DNA from: Felis catus
Taxonomy: Eukaryota
Length of the DNA: 64,000 nt
Reading direction: 5' to 3'
NCBI RefSeq assembly: GCF_018350175.1
Contig: NC_058369.1
Location: 22,322,001-22,386,000 of the forward strand
How positions within the stretch are numbered: position 1 is the stretch's first letter; each line of letters begins with the position of its first letter. Shown here in pieces: positions 13,301 to 23,422 of the stretch. The position numbers and the translations under genes were made by a program. Under the pieces are notes generated by a model, which was not told the origin of the DNA, did not search any database, and was given only the letters and a program-made list of their open reading frames with translations.

Positions 13301-16300
13301 CTATTAACTAAACTCCAGACTTTATTTGGATGTCACCTGCTTTTCCATGAATGCCCTCTTTCTGTGCCAGTCCCATTTAGTCCTCATGTCCCTCGGTCTC
13401 CTCTGGTAACAGGTTTGAGTCTTGTCTTCCTTTGTTCTTCAGGACCTTGACAATCTAGGGTGCCGGCCAGGCATCCTGCAGAACGTCCCCTAGTCTGGGC
13501 TTGTCTGATATTTGTCTCCTGATTAGATTGGGGGTGTGAGTTTTTGGAGAGACAGTGCAGAGGTCGAGTGTCCTTGTCCTCGCTTCCTATCAGGGGCGGG
13601 TGACATACACACCACGTCACTGGTCATGTTCACCATCGTCACTTGGTTAAGTGGTACCTGCCAGGCATCTCCCTTGTAAATCTACTGATTTTCCATTTCT
13701 CTACTATGACTTTTTTAAAAAAGCAAATGACTAAATGTCCCCCTATTCTGGGGTAGGGGGGTGGGGTGGATTGAGTTCCACTTCCTGGAAGAGGCGGTAT
13801 TTACATATATTATCAAACCTTTTCAAAGGTTCAAGTCTTCTCCCGGGGATCATAGATACTATTCTGATAAAGGTTGTATTTAAATTAGACTCTGGTTATC
13901 ACTTCGTGGGTAGTCTTCTGTTTAACCACCAAATGCCAAATGTTAGCGTCCCATTTAAATTTGCTATCTTACCTCACATCTTGAGTATTCTGGCAGTTTG
14001 TTACAAGTGTGGTAAGCATGTGTGCATGTGTGCTTGCTGGCGAGGGAGTGAAGCAGAGATCCCTTTTTCTAACGTAAAAACTTCCATTCAAATCTCCAGG
14101 CTGCCTAGACCACATAATGAAATACCAAAAAAAGTGCATCAAGGCAGGTAAGTAAATACATGTTTGCTTTTGTCATTAGAGGAACCTGGAGCCAGCACAA
14201 CCCAATCCATCTTCCATGAAGAAACTGAGGCCCAGAGCAGGGGAGTTCTGTGTCCAAGTTGCACAGAGAGGGCTGATCCCTGGCCAGCACTCCTGGCCAG
14301 CACTGTGCCGACTCAGTCAAGCAGCCTGTCCAGAGAAGGACCCATTCTGAGTAGGTTTAGGTAATGAGCCAACAGTCACAGAAAAACACCCGCTGTACAA
14401 ACTGCACTTACAGTGGTGCTGATTGGAGGCCCTTCCTGACTGGAGGGGAATCTGTAAGTCCTTCCACTGACCTCTGGCCCTGGGGGCCCAATGAACCTTC
14501 CATTTGGATTAGCAAGCATTCGAGGTGGGAGTGTTAGCTAAAGTAATGACCTCAAAGCATATTCTCAACTTGTGTCTTCACTGGAGTTCACCTCTCACAG
14601 GCTAAACTATTAGAACCTGCCTCTACCCTTGGAGTTTTGAAATAAGTATCTTGAGGATAATCAGTCCTAAGTGTCCGATTTCCAAGGATTTTACAAGGGT
14701 GCTTGTAAATTTCTGGGTAATACAGTCTTATGATGCTAATGAGGCTAGTGGCACATGAGGGAACCAATCCCCATCTTTTAGGCACCCCCAACCCAGCGGG
14801 CATCCCTGTGCACCCCATCAGACCGAACTGCACACAGACTCCTTCGTGGAAGGCAGACTTGGAGCTTTATGCTTCCTTTCTTGCCTCCCACCAAAAGAGA
14901 TCTGGACTGTGGAGGGCACAGTGGGTGTGGGGAGCTCTGAGGGCCTTCCATCAGTCCTAGACCCCCCCTCCAAAGACGGTTCTGAGCTAGGGCCTGACAT
15001 GCTCTCCCCCGTGGGGAAAACACCACACACTCCCATCTCTTCTGTTCCTGGAAATTAACCTGGTACTGATTTGCAAGTCCCAAAAATCAAACAACTGACT
15101 TTGTCTCACTGAATAGGCCTGTCAGGGTATCCACTCGCTCTATAACCTTAAACATGTCTTCTGGCCTGGGGCTCCTCCTCCCCATCCTGGGAAGGAAAAA
15201 ATGCTGACCTCAACCCTTAACTCAAAATGGATGTTGAGAATTGAAGGGAGTAGTAGAACCCCATCTGTGCCTCCAACACCACCCCCCGCCCCCAGCCCAG
15301 GGAAGCTATCTCAGCAAAGTGGTGATATGGGGCCCCTAAACTTTCTTGGGCAGCAGGTACTTTGCGATGCTGGGAGCAAGGACTAGTAAAAGGTACACTG
15401 TGCAGAGAGCCCTTGGATGCACGCATGCCAGAGAACTTAGATTTGTTTTGGCCAAGCCCTTTGGGAGACTTAAATGAGGGGCAGTTTGCAACACCGTCCG
15501 TGTGATTCTCTCTGGACTCAGGAAGTCTGTGGGATCCCAACGTCACTGCCTGTAAGAAGAACAAGACGGTGGTGGAAGTGAATTTTACAACCAGCCCCCT
15601 TGGAAACAAATACATGGCTCTCATCCAAAATCGCATTGTGATCGGGTTTTCTAACGTGCTGGAGGTACCTCTTCCCTTCATTTCCTAACATCACCCCCAG
15701 CCTTGCTCACCTTGCTGACGAGGAAAATGCAGGTCCCCTAGGATTCCCTGGACAGGCTCTCCATTGTAACGGCACAGGCGGGTGGGTCCCTGATCTAGGT
15801 GTGCGGGGCTGTTTTGACTCCTTTAACAAATGAACACAAGTCTCTGGGAACATCCCTGCAACTGTCCCTGGGAATCTAAAACCAACCAGAGGTAGACGTA
15901 TCCGAAGTAGGAAATGAATGCTTATTCACGCAGAGTCTGAGGAGTTGAGTCAGTTTGGGAAGAGCAGTCTTTTCACTGGCAATCTTGGTTCTCACTCCCC
16001 TGGCTCATGATTCTCCATGCTGTCTCATTCAATCTGCCCCAGAACAAACCCCCAACGCGAACTTCTGTGGTGATCCCGGTGACTGGGGAGAGTGAAGGTG
16101 CTATGGTCCAGGTAAGGCTCACCGAGCCGTCCGCGAGGGCAGGGGCGCTGGGGGACTGGCTGCTGCTGCACAGGCCACCGGTCACGGGCGCTGATGAGCT
16201 CCCACCCCCGGTTCGCTTCTGCCGGCTGCCTGCACTAAGCAACAAGTGGGGAACCCTTGCCTCATTCGTTATGGAGGCAAAGGTGGAAGCAAACCTTCAG

Positions 16301-19300
16301 GCCATGATCCCTTTTGCTTTTATTAGTGGCTATTGACTTTCCGTTTTAGTCACAGAGCCTCAGAGAACTTCCGAGACAGGAGTACCATTTAATTTTCCCA
16401 AGTTTTGGTTTTAACTGCAAAATGAAGCAACAAAGGATTTAAAATCAGAAGGTTTGGGTTTCGAGCAGCGTATGAACTTTGAAGGGCAGCTGCCTGTCCT
16501 CTCGACGTGAGTCTAGCTAGCTGGAAAACAGGAAGCTGGCCCGGGCAGATGCTCTCAGGTCTCTTTCAGCTCCGAGTTTATGATGTGGGGACATGGAGGG
16601 TCATAGAGGGACACCGCCACACCCAAGGCATAAGGAGCTTTTGTTTTTCATTCCCTGGAACATAAAGGTAGCACTCAGGCACGCCAGAGGGAGCAGATAC
16701 CTGTCTGCATATTGTGACTGCACCCCTTTTCCAGGGAACCAGACTTTCCTAGTCCCGGAGGATATATCTGTCAATAGGAGCTCTACTGCTCTGGGTTGTT
16801 TTTTTTTTTTAGATGAAATATTTGTATATGTATTAGGCTGTGACCTAACCCTTTTAGATAAGGAAGCCAACATGTTAGCAACATGTACAAAGTTTACATT
16901 CACAATTCAGGAGTCAGGTGTTTGGTCTCAGGTTGCTGGGTTGGATTTTAGGGCTTTGTTATGGAAGTGTGACCAAGGCAAAAAATGTGTTTTGTTTTTT
17001 TTTTCACCCTATTACAATGCTGGGGTGGGGGTGCAGTTCAAACCAGGAGAGAAAGGGTGGAGACATTTTGGTGGGAGTAGGCATTATGCTGAGCTTCTGC
17101 TCCGAAGCATGATGCGAGCTTCCCAAGCCTCTTGTTTTTCCCTCAGCTGACTCCGTATTTCCATACTTGTGGCAATGACTGCATCCGACGCAAAGGAACA
17201 GTTGTGCTTTGCCCACAGACTGGCATCTCCTTCCCACTGGATGGTCGTAAGTGCCCAGCCATTTGTGCAGGGTGATCAGAGAGGTGCAGGGTGATCAGAG
17301 AGGTTCAGGGCCTGAGAGGCCCAGCAGCACTACCCCATTCAATACGGGCCAGGGTGGGCATGCACCTGCAGGAGGGTGCAGGAGCCCCTGCTGTGTACAC
17401 GGTGAGGGGCTGGGGTGCAGGGGAAGATGTCCACGCCACCGTGCCAGAGGCCCTGACAGCTGATCGGGAATGGAGGCTTCATTTGGGAATCCACCACAAG
17501 ATCCTTTATGAAACAGGATGCACACAAGAAGGGGGAAAAATAAACAGCGCAGAATGGATGTTCATTGTGCTACAAGGACCTGCTGAAAAGTCAGTGGCGC
17601 TAAAGGACTGAGTCCATGAGGGAATGTGCATTTCACCGCACTGTGATTTTCTTACCAGCCTCAGTGGCCCGGCCTGTTCCTGTAATTTGATATGGTCACT
17701 CAGCCACAAATTAGCAATATTGGCCCCCAAAGACACACCTCACTGATGCCTGAGAGCAGCATATTTGGGGAAAATGTCCTTCTGGATTTAGAGATGGTAG
17801 TTCTCTCATTACAGACAGACAAATGTTCCCAGAACTAGCCCGGGCTGGAGTCAAAAGTTGCAAAGTGTTACTCTCAGAAACTCAGCCCAACAAACTGACA
17901 ACCTAGGTGCCTAACAGTCCTGACTTCTGTGTGGGCACAGTGCCTATGGATTCCTGAGCTTACCTGACAGATATTCCTGTGGGAGGTGGTATTACCCACC
18001 GTGTTTGTCAGTCTAACAAAACAGCCTTGAAAAATGGCATCTGTGTGTCCCATGTATTAAGTAATCACACTGAGAATAACATCAATTCATCACAGAACAA
18101 AAAACCTGAATGCAAACTCTGGTTACCAGGGTGAAAATGCCTGCATGTAAGCGCAGTAAGAAGCCAAAATGATTTTGGCAGAACTTTCTTAACCTCCTGG
18201 GTCCCATATCCCTTTTGAGAATCTAACAAATGGCCTGGACACTCTACGGAAAAATGCACCAATCTGCAGACCCCCTAGAGATCTACTGACCCTTGGCGTT
18301 AATAGGAATCTAAACTTCGGGGCGCCTGGGTGGCTCAGTCGGTTAAGTGTCCGACTTCGGCTCAGGTCATGATCTCGCGGTTCATGAGTTCGAGCCCCGC
18401 GTCGGGCTCTGTGCTGACAGCTCGGAGCCTGGAGCCTGCTTCCGATTCTGTGTCTCCCTCTCTCTCTGACCCTTCCCCCATTCATGCTCTGTCTCTGTCT
18501 CAAAAATAAATAAATGTTAAAAAAAAAAAAAAGAAATCTAAACTTCTACAGAGTATAGAGTAAAAATCTTGTTTACAAATAGGAGATAAATTTGGCTTTG
18601 TTTTGCTGAAAGTAAATCAACTTTGTTTTCTCCAGGCAGAAGCATGATGGGTGGCTGGCAGCCTTTCCTCCTCCCAGCCCTGCTGGGGGCCACAGCATTG
18701 CTGGCGGCTGGGATCTACGTAATATGGAGGCATAGTAAGTGTTATGATTAGTTCTTTAAAGAAACCTGAATGAGGAAATAACAGTGAATTTTTTAAAAGA
18801 TTCCTCCAGAAGCAGTTACATTTTGGCATCAAGGCAAGAGCACTGATGTAATGCCCTAGAACTCTCCAAAAATACTGATAATGATGACTTAGTCACAACC
18901 ACCAAGGCAAAGCAGGGATGGGGACCTCTCGATCCGGTGACTACCACCGGTTTTATTTTTACCATTGGGGCACCTATAAGCACTACAATGGGCACAAGAC
19001 AGCGAATAGCGGATTGCATTTTTGCCTGTAACAGGTACTCCAAGCTAGTTCCTACTTTTTAAAAATAATTGTCCCATAGCATAAGAACAATACTCACTTG
19101 AATTTGTGTACCTCAGGGTCCTTGCCAACTCTTTAAACATCAAGAACTTAAATACAGAAGTCAGAGTATTTTTACAGATACACGCGAGAAGGAAGCCCAC
19201 TGCTTCTCCTTTTACCGTATGAGTCCTTTGTGATGTTGTGGACAGAACAAGATTAATCTCATAACCTAAGTAAGAAAGCCATGTGGAACCCTGACCTTGG

Positions 19301-20437
19301 GAATACTTCTATTCAGGGGATATGATCTGGCCTGTATTAGTTATAGTACTTTCATATGTGGTTTCTGTTCTGTAGCACGTACAGAATTCCAGTCAAGTTC
19401 CAGCTGAAATGGGGTACCAGTTAACCTAACACAACCACACAAAGACTACCATTTGCAGGCATCAGATGGATCAATTACTGAGTTGACTTAATTCAAAATG
19501 TGATGTGAAGGGCACAGGTCAGGTAGCCCTGTTTATATAGGACACTATGTAATACTGGTTAGAACCACCCACCTAAAACAAAGTACCTCCAACCTAAATA
19601 GTTTCTGTGACTTCATTTGAAAAGATATGGGTTAAGAAGACTGACGTAGTGATGGGGACTTGAAAATACATCATTTAGAGCATCTTTAAGGTTGTGTTGA
19701 GCATCAGTGTGTTTCAGGTGGTATGTTCAAAAGGAACATTGGGGGTATTTTCCTTGCTGGCAGTAACAACGTCCCTGGTGCTCAGCCAATATTCCCTCGC
19801 TGGGGTTCATTTACTAGTGGTGGTTCAGACTAGACTGACTGCCTGCTGTGTGCCATTCCTAGCTAACAAACGCTCTCTTCCCCCCACAGAAAGGATCAAG
19901 AAGGCCTCCTTCCCTACTGCCACCCTCCTGTCCCCCATTAAGGTTCTTGTGGTTTACCCATCTGAAATATGCTTCCATCACACAGTGTGTCACTTCACTG
20001 AATTTCTTCAAAACCACTGCAGAAGCGAGGTTATTCTTGAAGAGTGGCAGAAAAAGAAAATAGCGGAGATGGGTCCAGTGCAGTGGCTTACCACTCAGAA
20101 GAAAGCAGTGGATAAAATCATTTTCCTACTTTCCAATGACGTCAACACCATGTGTGATAGTACCTGTGACAAGAGTGAGGGCAGCCCCCATGAGAACTCC
20201 CAAGACCTGTTCCCCCTTGCCTTTAACCTGTTCTGCAGCGATCTGAGAAACCAGACTCCCCTTCGCAAATACATGGTGGTCTATTTTAGAGAGGCAGATA
20301 CCAAAGATGAGTACAGTGCGCTCAGTGTCTGCCCCAAGTACCGCCTCATGAAGGACGCTCCTGCTTTCTGTACAGAACTTCTCCGTGTCGAGCAGCACAT
20401 GTCAGCGGGAAAGAGGCTGACAGCCTGTTCCATGTAG
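6659..20437 (+). CDS. IL17RB: Interleukin-17 receptor B (IL-25 receptor), spliced gene span, 11 coding exons, 1485 nt = 494 aa
   Basis: Exons join in frame: signal peptide MSLALLSLAALCW, ectodomain PGDLRDLRVEP / WTFSYVGFPVELNTVYFIGAHNIP, TM exon, SEFIR domain with VYPSEICF; all introns GT-AG. Confidence 0.97.
7131..7424 (+). mobile_element. Can-SINE in IL17RB intron 1
   Basis: GGGGCGCCTGGGTGGCTCAG head, expanded CT tract, TSD CTGCTTCTC. Confidence 0.92.
8730..8754 (+). CDS. IL17RB: IL17RB exon 2 (25 nt)
   Basis: polypyrimidine-CAG|TIQCGSEP(G)|GTAGGT. Confidence 0.9.
9498..9635 (+). CDS. IL17RB: IL17RB exon 3
   Basis: PSPEWMVQHTLTPGDLRDLRVEP...WVLRAD, AG/GTAAGT. Confidence 0.95.
9764..10199. 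mobile_element. MER44/Tigger7-like TcMar DNA transposon relic
   Basis: CTGTGGTCCCCCCTTATC...GCAAGGGGG..CTGTA degenerate TIRs and internal CCTTCTGACGTATC..CAGAAGG. Confidence 0.7.
11260..11480. mobile_element. MIR relic (other MIR pieces near 2160-2290, 3400-3500, 3900-3990, 6890-7075, 11730-11850, 12430-12600, 51770-52100, 59500-59670)
   Basis: CCTCAGTTTCC/GGAAACTGAG core-like motifs, ACATAGTAGGTGCT end. Confidence 0.6.
11505..11632 (+). CDS. IL17RB: IL17RB exon 4
   Basis: SIRLLKATKICVTGKSNLQSYSCVRCNYTEAFQTQTRPSGGR, AG/GTGAGC. Confidence 0.95.
12085..12211 (+). CDS. IL17RB: IL17RB exon 5
   Basis: WTFSYVGFPVELNTVYFIGAHNIPNAN...VNFTSP, AG/GTAACT. Confidence 0.95.
13100..13820 (-). mobile_element. 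Old L1 (L1MB/MC-like) 3' end
   Basis: AATTTTAGCTTTACAGAAAAGTTGCAAAGATA...AACTAAACTCCAGACTTTATTTGGAT pattern. Confidence 0.6.
14100..14147 (+). CDS. IL17RB: IL17RB exon 6
   Basis: CLDHIMKYQKKCIKA, AG/GTAAGT. Confidence 0.93.
15522..15664 (+). CDS. IL17RB: IL17RB exon 7
   Basis: SLWDPNVTACKKNKTVVEVNFTTSPLGNKYMALIQ...NVLE, AG/GTACCT. Confidence 0.94.
16043..16111 (+). CDS. IL17RB: IL17RB exon 8
   Basis: NKPPTRTSVVIPVTGESEGAMVQ, CCCCAG/GTAAGG. Confidence 0.88.
17147..17246 (+). CDS. IL17RB: IL17RB exon 9
   Basis: LTPYFHTCGNDCIRRKGTVVLCPQTGISFPLDG, AG/GTAAGT. Confidence 0.94.
18319..18532 (+). mobile_element. Can-SINE in IL17RB intron 9
   Basis: Full length, TSD AATCTAAACTTC. Confidence 0.95.
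18636..18734 (+). CDS. IL17RB: IL17RB exon 10 (transmembrane)
   Basis: RSMMGGWQPFLLPALLGATALLAAGIYVIWRH, AG/GTAAGT. Confidence 0.92.
19890..20437 (+). CDS. IL17RB: IL17RB exon 11 (SEFIR domain, stop)
   Basis: RIKKASF...KVLVVYPSEICFHH...DLFPLAFNLFCSDL...RLTACSM-TAG. Confidence 0.96.
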
Positions 20438-20634
20438 GCCACCCAGAAGTGAGGGGCCCTGAAGCCTTCCTACTCCTCCACATTATAGGGGGAAAGCGTC
20501 TCAGGATTCTAAAGTTTCTGTATGGACTACGTGCAGGGAGGATTTTACATACACCTGCTTTATTTAGCAATAGGAATATAGGGAGGATTCATAACTAAAT
20601 ACATATGCCTTAGCTTAATCAAAACTTTCATGCC

Positions 20635-20640
20635 AATAAA
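20635..20640 (+). terminator. Likely IL17RB polyadenylation signal
   Basis: First AATAAA seen after the stop codon, ~200 nt downstream. Confidence 0.55.
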
Positions 20641-23161
20641 ACTGTTATAAATACTAACTACTGTAACATTAACTAAAGGACAGAAACTAAATTTATAATT
20701 ATAAAGCTAAATCAAAATCAAGGAGAGTAATAATGCAAAATTATAACCATTTTGATAATGCAGTGATAAAGCATCTTCCAGCCAAACATCCAATCTTGAA
20801 CAGTCCATGCACTGCACTGTAGGTAAAACTTTACTTCTGTAACCTTCTAAACTAATGAGTATCAAATTTAAGAAGGCTTCACTAATTCACTCAAGTAACT
20901 TCATAGGTGAAAAACCCTCTATTACATACAAAAACTATTTTAAAAAAACAGAATAGGGAATAACGAGCTGAACTCATCTCTGCTGGCCAGATAGCATAGC
21001 ATACAGGTAACTGCTCATACTATTTGGCGCTTGTATAGGACCTCTCTGAACTAATTCATGACCTGTCTGATTCTCGTACAGGTGACTTTTAACATGGACA
21101 CCAATATACATTACTTGCAGAACTCCTATCCACTTTTGCCCAAAGTTACCTATTAGAGGTCACGTCAAGAGTTCAGTTTCTTGGTTATTATGTTAACTTT
21201 TCATGTTCAAAACACAAATTGTTCCTGCTCTTTAGAAAGTTAGCCCTCTTGAAGTAGTCTTTTATAAATCAGTTATAATGGTTTAAATTACCATAGAGCT
21301 CCATGACATAGAAATGTATGATATTTTAAGTCTTCCAACTTCTTTCTCTAAAAGCATCTTTTTAATGCAGAGGTTACCAAGGGGCTATATATATTATTTA
21401 TATTTATGTTATGCCCATTTTTCTAAGATTGCTGGTCTTTCACACATGCAATCCTGTATCTGCTCTAGAATGTGGCTCAGTTTCAGGTGGATGACTGTTA
21501 AAATATATTCGTGAAGTGTCAAAACTATCCTTAAAGGGCCATGCCACCCCTTCTAATACATGTCTTATGGATAAAATAAAAACCAAAACAAGGAAGCACA
21601 GAGTGAAAACTCACCATGTTCAGCTCCCCAAGCAGATACTTAGTAATGGCTGAGACAATATGTTTAATGTGGTTAAGCTCACTTGTCATGATCTGTTTTC
21701 ATGGTGCTTAATAAAGTGCTGGTAAAAGAAGACGGACATGGCTTATGTCTAAACTTGGATCAGAAACCAACTTCCTCTGAATCAACATCTACCAGTTATA
21801 AGAATATGTTATTATTTAAAAAAAAGATTATGAACAAAACTAACATTTTGCTTTTGGAATTAGGTAGCCACTAATAAATTGTGTTGAAACAGCCCAGATA
21901 CATAAATAAGATCAATATTGTATATTTTGTTAAAAAAAAATAAAAAATAAAGAACGCATAATTTTCAAATTGAAGGCACACATCTTCAATAGTACCAACA
22001 TGTTAAAGTTGTTTTCTTATACTGGTGGGCTCTTCCCTGTTCCTGACCTACTGAGCAGGTATGTAAGATGCTTCCATTTATGCAAATGATCTGGTACCAG
22101 CATTTCTCCACATCCTGAGACTTCTAACCACCCTTACTCTCTTTCTCTATATTCCACTCTTCCTTCCATCTCTTATCCATCCCTACTTCTGTGTCTCTGT
22201 CCCCCTCCATCTCCAGTTCTGGATAAGCAGATGGTGGGAGCAGGTACCCAGCAAGGGGTGGCAGAGATCCGGCACTCTCCCAGGCCCCCAGGTCTCTGAG
22301 CCTCTAGTGCTGTGCTTGCTGACTGACTCCTGTCTCCAGACAATGCCTTCTCTTCCTGGGGCCAGGAAGGCTTCACCAAGGCCTGGACCACTGATGCTAC
22401 TAGCTGTCTGTACTGAGATTTTGCTTCAGATTGCTCACAGATTAAGGTCAAATAATCGTACTGGGCACAAAGAGCTCCAAAACCTTTCTCTTGGTTCCTC
22501 AGGTACAGGAAAACTGGGGGGCTCAATGACTAAGTTAGTAGTAATTACAACAGAAGTTAACAACTCGAAATTATACCCGAATTATTTCTATTTGGCTTTA
22601 GGAAGGAAATGAATTTTCCTTCTCAGTTTTTGTTGTTTTGGTCAGATAATGACGGTTTTCTTTCCCCAAGCCCACCTGGAAGCATGTCAGGTAACAAAAG
22701 CCGGCCCACCCAGCTTTAAGTCTTTGCCTCTGGAAATCCAAACCTCTACTGGTCACTATCTTTTTTGTAATCCAACAGAAAAAAAGAAAAAACCTTTTTT
22801 TCTTCTTAGTTGGAATTCCAAGAGCACAGAGGAGTCACAACATGTGTGCCTGCTGTAACACATGAGGGAAATGGCATGACTGGACAGTTCTCAGGATTCA
22901 GGTACACGAGTCATATACCCACCCCTATGGCTGCATGTGATTGTCTGAGGACACTGAGGTCAACTTAAACCAAGGCATACATATGAGAGCCATACAACAG
23001 CAACATTTCCTGTCATCAGGGAGCTCCTGCCACCCTGAGAAAGGGGCAGGAGAGTTTGCCACTGAAGACTAAGTTCGCATTTATCCTTAAATGTCCTGAC
23101 TACAAAAACAGCTTATAATTTCACACCAAAGTCCTGCTGTCAACATAAAAGTTAAAATTCA

Positions 23162-23167
23162 TTTATT
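23162..23167 (-). terminator. Likely proximal ACTR8 polyadenylation signal
   Basis: TTTATT on + = AATAAA on -, ~110 nt after the stop. Confidence 0.5.
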
Positions 23168-23278
23168 TTCCATGAAACTTAAGCATCTGAGTCAATAAAT
23201 TAAAATACATATATTCTTTAAGAGTCTTTATACCAGGATGCTTATTTTTGGTCTTCAACACTGACTTCCTGCTCACTT

Positions 23279-23422
23279 TCACCACACAAAAGCAGCTCGC
23301 TCTCGTAACATGCGGACACCAAAGCGCTGCCATTCTCTCTGATAGATCCACAGCTCCTGTGTCGTGTCCAAACAAGCCAGCACGGCCCCTCCTTTCCATG
23401 CAATCAGCCGGGGATCCATGTC
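23279..23422 (-). CDS. ACTR8: ACTR8 exon 13 (stop)
   Basis: [50 protein letters not shown]. Confidence 0.96.
   Translation of the reverse strand, partial: DMDPRLIAWKGGAVLACLDTTQELWIYQREWQRFGVRMLRERAAFVW

Noticed and set aside
19694..19889. N-terminal part of the 247-aa ORF as an independent SEFIR-only protein
   Set aside because: Non-ATG start in intron 10; the true acceptor is at 19889; no supporting signal
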